Positions 50,260 through 59,919 of a stretch of DNA of 64,000 nt are shown piece by piece. Under the pieces are notes generated by a model. It did no database searches. It saw only the letters and a list, made by a program, of their open reading frames with translations, and was not told the origin of the DNA. The DNA comes from an uncultured bacterium (lineage in GTDB: Bacteria; Cyanobacteriota; Vampirovibrionia; Gastranaerophilales; Gastranaerophilaceae): positions 3,693 to 67,692 of the forward strand of contig CAMOPX010000006.1 in NCBI GenBank assembly GCA_946622415.1, given 5' to 3'. The position numbers and the translations under genes are program-made. Numbering within the stretch: the stretch's first letter is position 1; the number at the start of each line of letters is the position of its first letter.

Positions 50260-51083
50260 GCACCCGACATTTCTTTTAAAAAGATGTTGGCCTTTGCAAG
50301 TATCGTTTCTCTTAATGCAATAGGGTCTTGAATCGTAAACTCAATTTTACTCATTATCTTCGGGTTCAATATAGGATTAGGTATAATATTTTGAACAAGT
50401 CTGTCAGCACAATAAACGACACCGCACAATGTAGGAAGTGAGCTTTGAACAGGGTCGTGGTGATATCTGATACAATTTGTTAAAATAACGGGTAATTGCC
50501 ATTTTTTGGATATCAATGCACCTAAAATACAGTGGTTTGTTCCGAACTGCGCATCTTCAACCTCAACAAGATCAACGTTGCTTTGTTGTGCGAGATATCT
50601 TACTTTTGAATATTTAAGCGGGTTTTTTGTGTTTAAAAGAATCTTGCCTATATCATGCAAAAAACCTATAACGAAAGCGTCATCAGGGTTTATTACTCTA
50701 TATTCTTTTGCAAGTACTTCTGCTGCAATTGCACATTTAATTGAATGCTCCCATAATTCACGGCTTCCTTGGGCAGTCATCATTTTCTTTAGAGCAAGAC
50801 TCATTATGATGTTTTTCGCCTTCATCATACCCAAAACAACAAGGGCTTTATTAATTGATGTAATTTGTTGACGAAAACCATAGAATGCCGAATTAACCAA
50901 CATTAATGTTTTTGTAGCTATTGCCTGATCCATTTGCATAATTTTGCCGAGCTCAGCTATACCCGTTGCCGGATTTTTTATTACATTCAACGCTTTAACC
51001 ATAACATTAGGCATAGGCGGAATGTCTTTGAACTCTGCAACCACCTGTTGAGGATCTAATTTATTTGAACCGTTATTCATCAT
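50256..51083 (-). CDS. HDOD domain signalling protein
   Basis: 275 aa. Has LPPMP-type N-terminus IPPMPNV and GFLHDIGKILL. It is the last gene of the ftsEX-containing operon. Confidence 0.75.
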   Translation of the reverse strand: MMNNGSNKLDPQQVVAEFKDIPPMPNVMVKALNVIKNPATGIAELGKIMQMDQAIATKTLMLVNSAFYGFRQQITSINKALVVLGMMKAKNIIMSLALKKMMTAQGSRELWEHSIKCAIAAEVLAKEYRVINPDDAFVIGFLHDIGKILLNTKNPLKYSKVRYLAQQSNVDLVEVEDAQFGTNHCILGALISKKWQLPVILTNCIRYHHDPVQSSLPTLCGVVYCADRLVQNIIPNPILNPKIMSKIEFTIQDPIALRETILAKANIFLKEMSGA

Positions 51084-51087
51084 AATC

Positions 51088-52005
51088 TTATACCTGCAAA
51101 TGTTTCTTTATACTTAAAAAACTACCCACTGAAGAAAAAGTAACACCCAGTGTTAATACACTAAATAATACGGTAAACTGTGCCAACGGGTCAATCGGTA
51201 TCATAAAAAATTCATGTATTTTTATGATATATTCCTGAACAATTTTTATCGGAACAATGGCAACCAATGCTCCAAAGAATCCGTATATGGCACCTTGCAA
51301 TATTAAAGGTGTTTTAATATACCAATTTGAAACCCCCATCAATCTCATTATTTCTATTTCTTCTTTTCTGGATTGAATAACGAGCTCTATGGTATTATTA
51401 ATTATTGCGATTGTTAATATACAAACAATAGCAAGGAAAATTAGTGTTGCAGTATTAATAACCGCATTAATCATTTCAAATTTTTCCACTAAATCCTTTG
51501 CGTAACTTGTATCACTGATTCCGTTTACGGTTTTTAATTCCTGCATCACGGCAACCAGATTCTTTGTATTGTCAATTTTAACATGAAGCGTATCAGGCAA
51601 TGGATTTTGTATATCCGGAACATCTATTTCCGTTTTTAATTGCTTCCACGATGCATCCTTTGACACAAAAGAAACCTTCTGTACATGGTCAAGGTTTTTT
51701 ATTGCCGTAATTGTTTGATTTACGTCCGCATTTTGATTAAGATATGCGCTTATTTCCAATGCAGAACCCATTGAATTAGCAAAAGAGTTGAGTGTCAATG
51801 TAACTCTGAATATAGAACCAAAGATTGTTAATATTGCAGCAATTGTTGTTATAATTGCGATATTAACAAGCCCTGTTCTAACCACTCCTTTTACGGTTTC
51901 AATGATTATTCTGTAGGCAATTCTAATCTCACTCATCCAATCCTTTGGAATGTGCGATTTCACTCTTTGTTTTATATTTTGATTTCTGTTATTTCTTCTA
52001 GTCAT
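51088..52005 (-). CDS. ftsX: Cell division ABC transporter permease FtsX
   Basis: Has 4 TM segments with a large first periplasmic loop, plus the motif MRLMGVSNWYI. The ORF extends to a TTG at 52032. The ATG at 52005 overlaps the ftsE stop (ATGACTAG) and is preferred. Confidence 0.85.
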   Translation of the reverse strand: MTRRNNRNQNIKQRVKSHIPKDWMSEIRIAYRIIIETVKGVVRTGLVNIAIITTIAAILTIFGSIFRVTLTLNSFANSMGSALEISAYLNQNADVNQTITAIKNLDHVQKVSFVSKDASWKQLKTEIDVPDIQNPLPDTLHVKIDNTKNLVAVMQELKTVNGISDTSYAKDLVEKFEMINAVINTATLIFLAIVCILTIAIINNTIELVIQSRKEEIEIMRLMGVSNWYIKTPLILQGAIYGFFGALVAIVPIKIVQEYIIKIHEFFMIPIDPLAQFTVLFSVLTLGVTFSSVGSFLSIKKHLQV

Positions 52006-52672
52006 ATGTTCCGGCTTCTCTATCACTGACAACTTGTCCGTGGTTAAGTGTAACTACTCTTTTTCTGAAGTAATTAACCATATTTTGGTCATGTGTTGAA
52101 ACAAGTATGGTAATTCCTCTTTGGTTAACCTGTTCGAGTATCTGCATAACTTCAAGCGAATTTTTCGGATCGAGATTACCTGTAGGTTCATCCGCTATCA
52201 ATAACGGAGGCCCGTTCACAATTGCACGTGCGATGGAAACTCTTTGTTGTTCACCGCCTGATAATTCACTGGGTTTTGATTTGTATTTATCCTCTAAACC
52301 GACAACCTTCAAGGCGCCCATTACTCTTGTTTCAATTTCTTTTGATGAAATACCCATTGTTCTTATTACATATGCGATATTATCATATACTGTATGGTTT
52401 TGAAGCAATTTATAATCCTGAAAAACAATTCCCATACATCTTCTTAAACTCGGAATTTTGCTCGGTGGGAGATTTCCTATGTCTATACCTGCAACATACA
52501 CGCTGCCCCTTGTCGGTCGCTCTTCCAGGTATAGCATTTTCATCAATGTAGATTTTCCCGCACCTGATGACCCTACAAGAAACACAAATTCACCGGGTCG
52601 AATATCCAAATCAATTCCCCTGAGCGCGTATTTATTTTTATATTGTTTAACTAAATCTCTTATTACAATCAT
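51998..52672 (-). CDS. ftsE: Cell division ATP-binding protein FtsE
   Basis: 224 aa. Has Walker A GSSGAGKST, the signature LSGGEQQR and Walker B LLIADEPTGNLD. Confidence 0.93.
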   Translation of the reverse strand: MIVIRDLVKQYKNKYALRGIDLDIRPGEFVFLVGSSGAGKSTLMKMLYLEERPTRGSVYVAGIDIGNLPPSKIPSLRRCMGIVFQDYKLLQNHTVYDNIAYVIRTMGISSKEIETRVMGALKVVGLEDKYKSKPSELSGGEQQRVSIARAIVNGPPLLIADEPTGNLDPKNSLEVMQILEQVNQRGITILVSTHDQNMVNYFRKRVVTLNHGQVVSDREAGTYD

Positions 52673-53631
52673 CTTACATCCATAAATTTAATTATTTTTT
52701 CATATATTTTCTTGTCGGTTAAACCGTAAAATTCCATTAGTTGTCTTTGTTCACCGGATTGACCGAAGGTATCTTTTGTGCCGATTCTGTACACTTTAGA
52801 AGGTGCATAATGACACAACGATTCACAAACCGCACTGCCTAATCCGCCTATCACACTGTGATTTTCAACAACAACAACTTTTTTGGTTTTTTGCGCACTT
52901 GCTTTAAGTGCTAAGTGGTGGAACGGTTTAACAACCGGATAATGCAATACATCGGCTTCAATTCCAACTTCATGGAGCTTTTGTGCAGTTGATAACACTT
53001 CGTACAATGTTTCACCGTTTGTAACAATAGTCAAATCCTTTCCGTCACGGAGTTTTATTCCCGCATTCGGATTAAATTTGTAATCTTTATCAAAAATGTT
53101 TTTGAGATTTGTTCTCGGTATTCTGATATACATCGGAAGCGGTGTTCTTGCAGCATATTCTATAACCTGACGTACTTCATTACAATCCGCAGGAACAATA
53201 ACACGCATATCAGGAATTGAACGCATATACGAAACATCCTCTAATGCCTGATGAGAAGCACCATCTTCACCCACCGTAATTCCCCCGTGGGTAGCAACAA
53301 TTTTAACGTCCAATTTTGAATAACAAACCGTATTCCTTATTTGGTCAAGACATCTCGTTGTTGCAAACATTGCAAACGTACTTGCAAAAACAGTTTTTCC
53401 GCCATAAGCAAGACCTGCAGCCGTTGTAATCATATCTTGTTCTGCTATACCGCAATTAAAAAATCTTTCGGGATATGCTTTTTTAAACATGGCAGTTTGG
53501 GTAGAACATGACAAATCTGCGTCTAATACAACAATATTGAGATTTTTTCCGCCTAATTCAACAAGCGTTTCACCGTATGTTTTTCTCGGGGATTTTGTTT
53601 CAGGCTTTTCTAAGAGATTTTTTACTAGCAT
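52669..53631 (-). CDS. Transketolase, C-terminal (pyrimidine-binding) subunit
   Basis: 320 aa. Has GIAEQDMITTAAGLA and HGGITVGEDGASHQ. Overlaps the N-terminal subunit gene. Confidence 0.88.
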   Translation of the reverse strand: MLVKNLLEKPETKSPRKTYGETLVELGGKNLNIVVLDADLSCSTQTAMFKKAYPERFFNCGIAEQDMITTAAGLAYGGKTVFASTFAMFATTRCLDQIRNTVCYSKLDVKIVATHGGITVGEDGASHQALEDVSYMRSIPDMRVIVPADCNEVRQVIEYAARTPLPMYIRIPRTNLKNIFDKDYKFNPNAGIKLRDGKDLTIVTNGETLYEVLSTAQKLHEVGIEADVLHYPVVKPFHHLALKASAQKTKKVVVVENHSVIGGLGSAVCESLCHYAPSKVYRIGTKDTFGQSGEQRQLMEFYGLTDKKIYEKIIKFMDVR

Positions 53632-54428
53632 AATTCCTCCAGCGCTTTTTTAAGTTCTTCATCGTTCGGTGCTTTTCCATGCCATGAAACATTGTTTTCC
53701 ATAAATGAAACACCCTTGCCTTTTATAGTATTCGCAATTATTGCAGTAAGTTCGTTTGATTTTTTCGCATCAAGCAAAACTTTTTCCAATTCTTCAAAAT
53801 TATGTCCGTCAACTGTTTTTACATTAAATCCGAAAGCTTCTAATTTTTTATCAAGAGGCTCTAACGTTTTAACATCATTTGTCGAACCGTCGATTTGCAG
53901 GTTGTTTTTGTCTATTATTACAACAAGATTTTTAAGCTTTTGATTATTTGCATTCATTAATGCTTCCCAAACGCTTCCTTCCTGCATTTCACCATCGCCC
54001 ATTAAAACAAAAACTTTTGATTTAATGTTATCTAATCTCATTGCAAGAGCCATACCGACACCGATAGAAAGTCCTTGTCCTAAAGAACCTGTTGAAACCT
54101 CAATTCCCGGTAGTCCTACTCTTGATGAAGGGTGTCCTTGAAGTTTTGAACCCAGTATTCTAAAACCCATTAACAAGTCTTTTGAAAAATAACCGCAATG
54201 CGCAAGAACAGCATACAGAGCGGGGCTTGCATGTCCTTTTGAAAGAATAAATCTGTCCCTGTTTTTAAAATCTACGGCATTTGCCCATTCAACAGGTACA
54301 TTTAAAACTTTCTTATATAATACCGATAAAATATCAACGCATGAACACGCACCACCGGGGTGACCTGATTTTGCGTTGTGAATCATTTTTAGTATGTCTT
54401 TTCTAACCGCATTCGTAAACGTTTTCAA
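53625..54428 (-). CDS. Transketolase, N-terminal (TPP-binding) subunit
   Basis: 267 aa. Has SGHPGG, SKGHASPALYA and the TPP motif GDGEMQEGSVWEA...NL. Confidence 0.9.
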   Translation of the reverse strand: MKTFTNAVRKDILKMIHNAKSGHPGGACSCVDILSVLYKKVLNVPVEWANAVDFKNRDRFILSKGHASPALYAVLAHCGYFSKDLLMGFRILGSKLQGHPSSRVGLPGIEVSTGSLGQGLSIGVGMALAMRLDNIKSKVFVLMGDGEMQEGSVWEALMNANNQKLKNLVVIIDKNNLQIDGSTNDVKTLEPLDKKLEAFGFNVKTVDGHNFEELEKVLLDAKKSNELTAIIANTIKGKGVSFMENNVSWHGKAPNDEELKKALEELC

Positions 54429-54432
54429 AATA

Positions 54433-55164
54433 TCAATCCTTATTCATTACAGTACTTATTATACACTTTATCAAAAATATTGGCAAAAGCGGGAATATTC
54501 TTTTGAATCTTTCGGGCTGCAAGATTGTTCTATAAAGCCACTCCAGACCTAATTTCCGGTATATTAAAGGTGCTTCTTTAACAATTCCCGAAAATACGTC
54601 AAAACTTCCACCGACACCAATCATAGCAGTACCTTTTAATTCGCTTTTTAATTTATAAATTAATTCTTCTTGTTTGGGAGAACCTAAACCAACAAGCAGA
54701 ATTTTAAGGTCTGCATTTTTAATTTGTTCAATTATTTCATTATCATCCGAAAAATAGCCGTTTCTGATATATGCAATATCAAGCGCCGGAAATTCTTTTA
54801 AAATATTTTCTTTTGCCTTTTGAATAACTTCTTCTTTTGCACCCAAAAGACCTATTTTATAACCTTTTTGTGAGGCTGTTTTTATGAGCAATCTTGAAAA
54901 ATCTATCCCTCTGATTTGATTTATTTTTATTCCTTTTAGTTTCAGTGCAATCTTTACACCAACACCGTCAGGTATAACCAAATCCGCAGAATTTACTATA
55001 TCAAAAAAAGTCTTGTTTTTTTGAGCATTTATAATCATTTCGGGATTAATTGTTACTATTTGAAAATTAATATTTTCATTGATGGCTGAAAGAACTCTTT
55101 CCAGTGCGTCCTCAACCCCGCATAAATCAACATGACAATTCAGAATAGAAACTTTTTCATTCAT
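54433..55164 (-). CDS. WecG/TagA/CpsF family glycosyltransferase
   Basis: 243 aa. Has PDGVGV, VGLGSPKQE, GVGGSFDVFSG and GLEWLYR. Confidence 0.85.
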   Translation of the reverse strand: MNEKVSILNCHVDLCGVEDALERVLSAINENINFQIVTINPEMIINAQKNKTFFDIVNSADLVIPDGVGVKIALKLKGIKINQIRGIDFSRLLIKTASQKGYKIGLLGAKEEVIQKAKENILKEFPALDIAYIRNGYFSDDNEIIEQIKNADLKILLVGLGSPKQEELIYKLKSELKGTAMIGVGGSFDVFSGIVKEAPLIYRKLGLEWLYRTILQPERFKRIFPLLPIFLIKCIISTVMNKD

Positions 55165-55199
55165 ACTGATATAGTATCATAAAATATATTTTTTAAAAA

Positions 55200-56735
55200 C
55201 TATTGTTCGTCTTCTTCTGTGTCATTGTAATTATAAAAATACTGACATCCGTTCCATATACATATTTCTACCTGAGAAACATTACATTTTCCGACAACAC
55301 AATCAAGAGTACCGTCGGGACTTATTGAAAAATGTTCACAATTTTGACAAACTTTTAAAGTTAAGTCTTTTGATTTTAATTTGTATGTCATATCAGCCAT
55401 GGCATCATACATTCTTAAACATAAATCAGTTGAAATAAAACGATTTCCTTCTCTGAATACGACTTTTTTCATGCCGTCTTCCGATACTAAATCCAATTTA
55501 CAATTTATATCTTTTTTTCCATGTCTTACAACAGCACTTACGGTAGCAGAATTAATGTTTTCTTCTTCATATTTACTGTTTTTAATTGACCTCATGGTCA
55601 AATTGTTAATATAGAGTTTTGTTTTTTGCCAAGTAAGACAAAAAGGATAAAATATCAAAAAGAACACTTCAGATGCAGTCATTTTTGAAATAAATATTGA
55701 AAATAAAAAGTTAGCAAACAAAAAAGCACCCAATACAATAACAAAATTAGAAGCAACATGCTGCGGAAAAGATACCGACAACGATAAAAGTCCTATGTAT
55801 GCTGCAATAACCAAGATTGAATTAGGTTTTAAGCAAAAGAGTATAAACTCTTTGAAAGTTAAATCCTTGAAAAACAAAAATTTAAAATAGTATGAAAAAA
55901 GATGTATCTTATTTTTCAACGAGGGTGAAGCAAAATTATAATTTTTAATATCAACACCCGTGATAATGTATGGAGAATAAATTGATTTTATACCGTTAGA
56001 AGCCAAATCCAGAGTATATTCAAGCTCTATATCTTTATCTTCTACGCTTATGTATCCTATTTGGTTTAAAACATCAGAAGTTATAACAAAATTTTCTCCG
56101 TCAATCAAGAAAGGTAAATTAAACATAGAACGAACAAGGTTGTAGGTTCTGTTTGAATATTTTAAATATGATGAAATAACAGCCTGCTTTAATCTTTTTG
56201 CAAACTGTTTGTTTTTATTCATCGTAATTTTTGTACCTACATAAACCCCGGGTTCTGTAATTGTTTTATTGATATTATAAAGATATTTTTCGCCTATTAT
56301 TCTCTTTGCACCTAAAAATATAAATGCATCAAAGTTTTTTTCGGGAAGTAATTTTTGAATTAATAAATTAAGCGCTTTATCTTTTGAAAAGAAATCCGGA
56401 TTTTGAATATTATGAATTCTTGCGCCCAGCGCAAAATCTCTTTCCGCGTTTGTATCGTTCATATCTTTCTGAAATGCGACATGGACTTCGTAATTATCTT
56501 TTGAATAATCCTGATTATTCAAAGAAGCAAGAAGTTTATCAAGATTTTTATCTCTGCTTGTAGCGTATATTAAAACACAGAGTCTTTTATTTTCCGTAAC
56601 TTTACTTCTGTTAATTTCCTGTTCGTATGCAAAGTTGTCTAAATTTCTGGCTTTTATATAAAAGAAAAGTTGGTATATGCAATAAATAAACAGATAAATT
56701 ATTATTATAGCGAATAATACATCAAATAATATCAT
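55200..56735 (-). CDS. Membrane-anchored GT2-like protein with C-terminal Cys-rich (zinc-ribbon-like) tail
   Basis: 511 aa. Has an N-terminal TM segment and a GT-A start (LCVLIYATSRDKNLDKLLASLNNQDY), but the expected DxD position reads FLGAK. Mid-protein TM segments are present. The tail is CQNCEH...C..GKC......C..NGC. Confidence 0.5.
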   Translation of the reverse strand: MILFDVLFAIIIIYLFIYCIYQLFFYIKARNLDNFAYEQEINRSKVTENKRLCVLIYATSRDKNLDKLLASLNNQDYSKDNYEVHVAFQKDMNDTNAERDFALGARIHNIQNPDFFSKDKALNLLIQKLLPEKNFDAFIFLGAKRIIGEKYLYNINKTITEPGVYVGTKITMNKNKQFAKRLKQAVISSYLKYSNRTYNLVRSMFNLPFLIDGENFVITSDVLNQIGYISVEDKDIELEYTLDLASNGIKSIYSPYIITGVDIKNYNFASPSLKNKIHLFSYYFKFLFFKDLTFKEFILFCLKPNSILVIAAYIGLLSLSVSFPQHVASNFVIVLGAFLFANFLFSIFISKMTASEVFFLIFYPFCLTWQKTKLYINNLTMRSIKNSKYEEENINSATVSAVVRHGKKDINCKLDLVSEDGMKKVVFREGNRFISTDLCLRMYDAMADMTYKLKSKDLTLKVCQNCEHFSISPDGTLDCVVGKCNVSQVEICIWNGCQYFYNYNDTEEDEQ

Positions 56736-56787
56736 AGTTGTATTTTAAATAAAAAAAAATTAAAAATCTAGTTTTTTTATTATTAAC

Positions 56788-56802
56788 TGATATAATCAAT
56801 TT
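56788..56802 (+). promoter_or_regulatory. Extended -10 element placed for a leaderless mlaE transcript
   Basis: TGaTATAAT + caattt (6 nt) + ATG at 56803. Confidence 0.5.
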
Positions 56803-57546
56803 ATGATAAAATTTCTCGGTCAGTGCGTTCAAAACTTATTCTCGGCAATTAAATATACTCTGAAGGGGAACCTCAGATTCAGCTCGGTAATTGCTCAAAC
56901 AGCATCAATCGGATTTGATTCACTGGGAATATGTATTTCGATTGTGTTTATTGCTGCCTGTGTTATTGCACTTCAAGTTGCACACCAATTTTTAATGTCC
57001 GGCGGAGATAGCTATATCGGCGGTTTTCTTGCCGTAGCTTTAATTAGGGAAATCGCACCGGGGTTTGCGGCATTTGCACTGGCTGCAAGAGCAGGTACCG
57101 CAATAACGGCACAAGTTGCAAATATGCAAATAACAGACCAAATCGATGCAATAGAAGTATTAAAAGTTGATTCTGTCGGATATTACTTTGCGCCGAGAAT
57201 TATTGCAGGAGCTTTATCTTGTTTTTGTATAGTTATGCTTGCGGAATTAATAGGAATAGCAGGCGGAGCTTTGGTTTCATATTTTTCTATTGATTTACAC
57301 CCCATCAGATACTTTAATTCCGTATGGTTAATGCTTGTTTTAAAAGATGTTTATATCAGCCTTTTGAAAGCAGTTATCTTTGGCGGTATTATTGCTTTAA
57401 TTTGTTCAACAGCAGGCTACAATACAAGAGGCGGCGCCATTAATGTCGGAAAATCAACAACAATGTCTGCAATACTTTGTACCGTATATATTCTTGTTGC
57501 GGATATGGTTATAGACATTTTGTTTTATATGGGTAATGTCAGATAG
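56803..57546 (+). CDS. mlaE: MlaE/YrbE/TGD1-type ABC transporter permease
   Basis: 247 aa. Has GGFLAVALIREIAPGFAAFALAARAG and about 5 TM segments. No adjacent ATPase or MCE genes. Confidence 0.85.
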   Translation: MIKFLGQCVQNLFSAIKYTLKGNLRFSSVIAQTASIGFDSLGICISIVFIAACVIALQVAHQFLMSGGDSYIGGFLAVALIREIAPGFAAFALAARAGTAITAQVANMQITDQIDAIEVLKVDSVGYYFAPRIIAGALSCFCIVMLAELIGIAGGALVSYFSIDLHPIRYFNSVWLMLVLKDVYISLLKAVIFGGIIALICSTAGYNTRGGAINVGKSTTMSAILCTVYILVADMVIDILFYMGNVR

Positions 57547-57659
57547 AAATTTATAATTTGTTAACACATGTTAAACAATTTAAAATAAGAGGCAATTTTT
57601 TTCACTAAAAATACTTTATATATACGTAAAGGTAAAGGTAGTGTTTTAAACTTTAGTGG

Positions 57660-58439
57660 GTGAATATGGGTTTATTTGACCGCATAAGTGCGAGCCGCAA
57701 AAAACAGCATAGCAATTTTGATATTAAGGAAAAGTTGTTTTATTCCGTAGGCTTAAATAATGCGCTAAGAACAAATACAAATACATATACAAAAACACAG
57801 ATTCCGCAAGTCTATGATAACGAGCTGGCTCTGAATTTTCCCGCACAGTTTATATACAGATACTTAAACCGCGCAACAATAGAAAATGCAATAAAAATAA
57901 ATCCTAATATAGAGAAAATATTGTATCAAAGCGAACTTGAGTGCAGATATTATCCCGAAAATGTTAATTCTATCATTATGTCTCATCTTATTCCGACAGC
58001 AAGAAAAGCGAAAGAGACATATCTGAATATGGGACATACGAAAAGTGAATCCAATTATCTCTATTTAGTAGAGGCATCACTTCTGCATGATATAGGAAAA
58101 GTATTTATTCCTCCTGATATCCTTAACAAAAAAGGAAAATTGAGTCGCAAAGAAAGAAAAATTATAGAGCTTCATAACAGATTAAGCTATGAAATTCTTA
58201 TAACAACAAGCTTGAATCCTAAAGTAGCTCAGCTTGCATATGAACATCATAATTACGATAAAAAAGTTAAACCTAATGATGAAAATCAGGTTTTAACCAT
58301 GGCAGATATTTATAGTGCCTTAAAAGAAGAAAGGTCTTACAAAAAGGCTCTCGATAACTTTATGACAAGAACTATTTTATACGATATGGCGGCAAAAGGA
58401 GCCTTTGATATAAAATATATGACTTACTTAAAATTTTAA
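57660..58439 (+). CDS. HD-domain protein of the HD-GYP type with degenerate GYP motif
   Basis: 259 aa. Has LLHDIGKVFIP, ELHN and EHHNYDKKVKP where HHE..DG.GYP is expected, plus DIYSAL...RSYKKAL. The start is GTG at 57660 or ATG at 57666. Confidence 0.65.
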   Translation: MNMGLFDRISASRKKQHSNFDIKEKLFYSVGLNNALRTNTNTYTKTQIPQVYDNELALNFPAQFIYRYLNRATIENAIKINPNIEKILYQSELECRYYPENVNSIIMSHLIPTARKAKETYLNMGHTKSESNYLYLVEASLLHDIGKVFIPPDILNKKGKLSRKERKIIELHNRLSYEILITTSLNPKVAQLAYEHHNYDKKVKPNDENQVLTMADIYSALKEERSYKKALDNFMTRTILYDMAAKGAFDIKYMTYLKF

Positions 58440-58472
58440 TACCTACATTGACTAACCAAAAAAACTAACAAA

Positions 58473-58499
58473 ACCTTGCATTATATGCAGGGCTTTTTA
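58473..58499 (+). terminator. Terminator of the HD-GYP-like gene
   Basis: ccttgca / tgcaggg stem (one G-U pair) followed by ctttttatttt. Confidence 0.6.
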
Positions 58500-58533
58500 T
58501 TTTGATTTAAGTCGTTAAAAAGCAAATAAAAAA

Positions 58534-58557
58534 CCCCTCTAAAATTAATTAGAGGGG
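58534..58557 (-). terminator. Terminator closing the prophage lysis cassette
   Basis: cccctct / agagggg stem. On the minus strand it is followed by tttttattt. A second perfect 9-bp hairpin gttttagac/gtctaaaac lies at 58581-58604. Confidence 0.65.
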
Positions 58558-58617
58558 TAAATTAATATTTAACAAAGGAGGTTTTAGACAATATAGTCTA
58601 AAACGGGACGAATAAGT

Positions 58618-59016
58618 TTATATGACGGCAAAAACCTCTTTTCTGTTTTTGCCTTTTTTGTATGAGATATGCACCCATTTATCGTATTCATTAATTAATT
58701 GATCAAATTCAATTCCGGATTCCAAAATAAAATCAATAATCTGTTGAACCTTCAAACCTTGAACCTTAAAATCCGCAGCCTGACCTTTCAGGTGCTGTGA
58801 ATTCGCCTTTCCGCCCGCCAAAAAATTAACCTTCATATTGCGGTATCCGGATGTTATAATCATAGGTTTTTTTAATTTATCCCTTATGGGTTGCAGACAA
58901 TAGAAGATAAGATTCAGTAAATTATCTATTTCTTTAATCGTCGGTGTATTATCAATACCCGCTTTAATTGCATTATCGGAATGAATCAATTCCGAAACAG
59001 AAAAATTTAAATTCAT
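58618..59016 (-). CDS. Peptidase M15 family endolysin (D-Ala-D-Ala carboxypeptidase-like zinc hydrolase)
   Basis: 132 aa. Has SGYR, SQHLKGQAADF and WVHIS, which form the H..D...H zinc ligand pattern of the Peptidase_M15_3 type. Confidence 0.8.
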   Translation of the reverse strand: MNLNFSVSELIHSDNAIKAGIDNTPTIKEIDNLLNLIFYCLQPIRDKLKKPMIITSGYRNMKVNFLAGGKANSQHLKGQAADFKVQGLKVQQIIDFILESGIEFDQLINEYDKWVHISYKKGKNRKEVFAVI

Positions 59017-59019
59017 GGT

Positions 59020-59268
59020 TTATCCTTTTTTAATTAATATTTCTTTTAAATCATCGATTGAACCCGTCAATTCATCGAGTTTTGAATATATATGATTCTG
59101 AAATTCTTTATAGGCATTAATTTCAACGTACTTTTCTTTTATATTTTCTAAAATTTCTCTATGTTTTTTCTCTAATTCTTCCGGTCTAACAAAAATATTA
59201 TTCTGCCAAATAAACATCAAAAGAATCACAATATACGGAGCAAAATTTTCTATTTGTTCAATATTCAT
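59020..59268 (-). CDS. Holin-like small membrane protein
   Basis: 82 aa with one N-terminal TM segment (FAPYIVILLMFIWQNNIFV) and a charged coiled-coil tail. Adjacent to the endolysin gene. Confidence 0.35.
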   Translation of the reverse strand: MNIEQIENFAPYIVILLMFIWQNNIFVRPEELEKKHREILENIKEKYVEINAYKEFQNHIYSKLDELTGSIDDLKEILIKKG

Positions 59269-59537
59269 TATTCTGTTATACCTGCTATGTTTGTTTTGAT
59301 TAAATCAAAAATCGCCTGAGTAATGTAAGAAATATTTGGGATAACGAATTTTTTTAAAAGATATTTAAAAAAGAAATTTAAAGATGAATTTAATAAAGCA
59401 TTGTCACAATAAGATAAAATAATTTCATCCAATCTTTTTTTCTTATCCAAACCGTTTAATTCCGAGTAATTTTCAAACTTTTTTATATATAATTTAGAAG
59501 TTTCAATAAATCCTTGAATAAAGTCTTTAAAACTCAT
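59268..59537 (-). CDS. Phage hypothetical protein (89 aa), possible lysis accessory
   Basis: Its stop overlaps the next gene's ATG (ATGA-type). Has an amphipathic/hydrophobic C-terminal half. Confidence 0.3.
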   Translation of the reverse strand: MSFKDFIQGFIETSKLYIKKFENYSELNGLDKKKRLDEIILSYCDNALLNSSLNFFFKYLLKKFVIPNISYITQAIFDLIKTNIAGITE

Positions 59538-59557
59538 TTTTTATTTTCCTTTCTTTT

Positions 59558-59905
59558 TTAAGATATTTCTGACAACAATGTATTTATTTCATTTCTGTAG
59601 TTTTGTACTTCTGTTTCTATTGATGAAATTCTGTCTGTTTCTCCCGCTCTGATTGCTCTGATTGATTTTAAATCCAATTCATCTAATTTTTCTTTAATTT
59701 CTTGTATTCGTGCCTGTTTTTGTTTTATTAATTGTTCTTGTGCATAATTCGGGTTTAAAATAACACTTTCACCATTCCATATATAGCGTTCTACATTGTT
59801 ATAAATTTCTTCTGTTATTTCAACACAGGTCAAACCTTCCGCACTACATGGGCATTGACCCTTGCCATCTATTTTTCCGTTTATAATAAATACGTAATAA
59901 TTCAT
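59558..59905 (-). CDS. Phage hypothetical protein (115 aa), tail-fibre-associated coiled-coil protein
   Basis: Follows the tail fibre gene. The C-terminal half is coiled coil (IQEIKEKLDELDLKSIRAIRAG...), as in small tail-fibre assembly or accessory proteins. Confidence 0.3.
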   Translation of the reverse strand: MNYYVFIINGKIDGKGQCPCSAEGLTCVEITEEIYNNVERYIWNGESVILNPNYAQEQLIKQKQARIQEIKEKLDELDLKSIRAIRAGETDRISSIETEVQNYRNEINTLLSEIS

Positions 59906-59919
59906 TTTTTTCTCTCCTT

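Noticed and set aside
52107-52685. Three overlapping plus-strand ORFs (75-109 aa) opposite ftsE.
   Set aside because: All lie inside the strongly supported ftsE gene (Walker A, signature and Walker B intact on the minus strand), so they are shadow ORFs.
55200-55560. PilZ (c-di-GMP binding) domain in the C-terminal part of the GT2-like protein.
   Set aside because: Neither the RxxxR nor the canonical D-x-S-x-x-G motif is present; the sequence reads DLVSEDG with the wrong spacing. The region is better described as Cys-rich.
57558-57579. tgttaaca / tgttaaaca repeat upstream of the HD-GYP-like gene, considered as an operator.
   Set aside because: The motif is short and AT-rich, is expected by chance in this composition, and has no partner regulator nearby. 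It is left as a note only.
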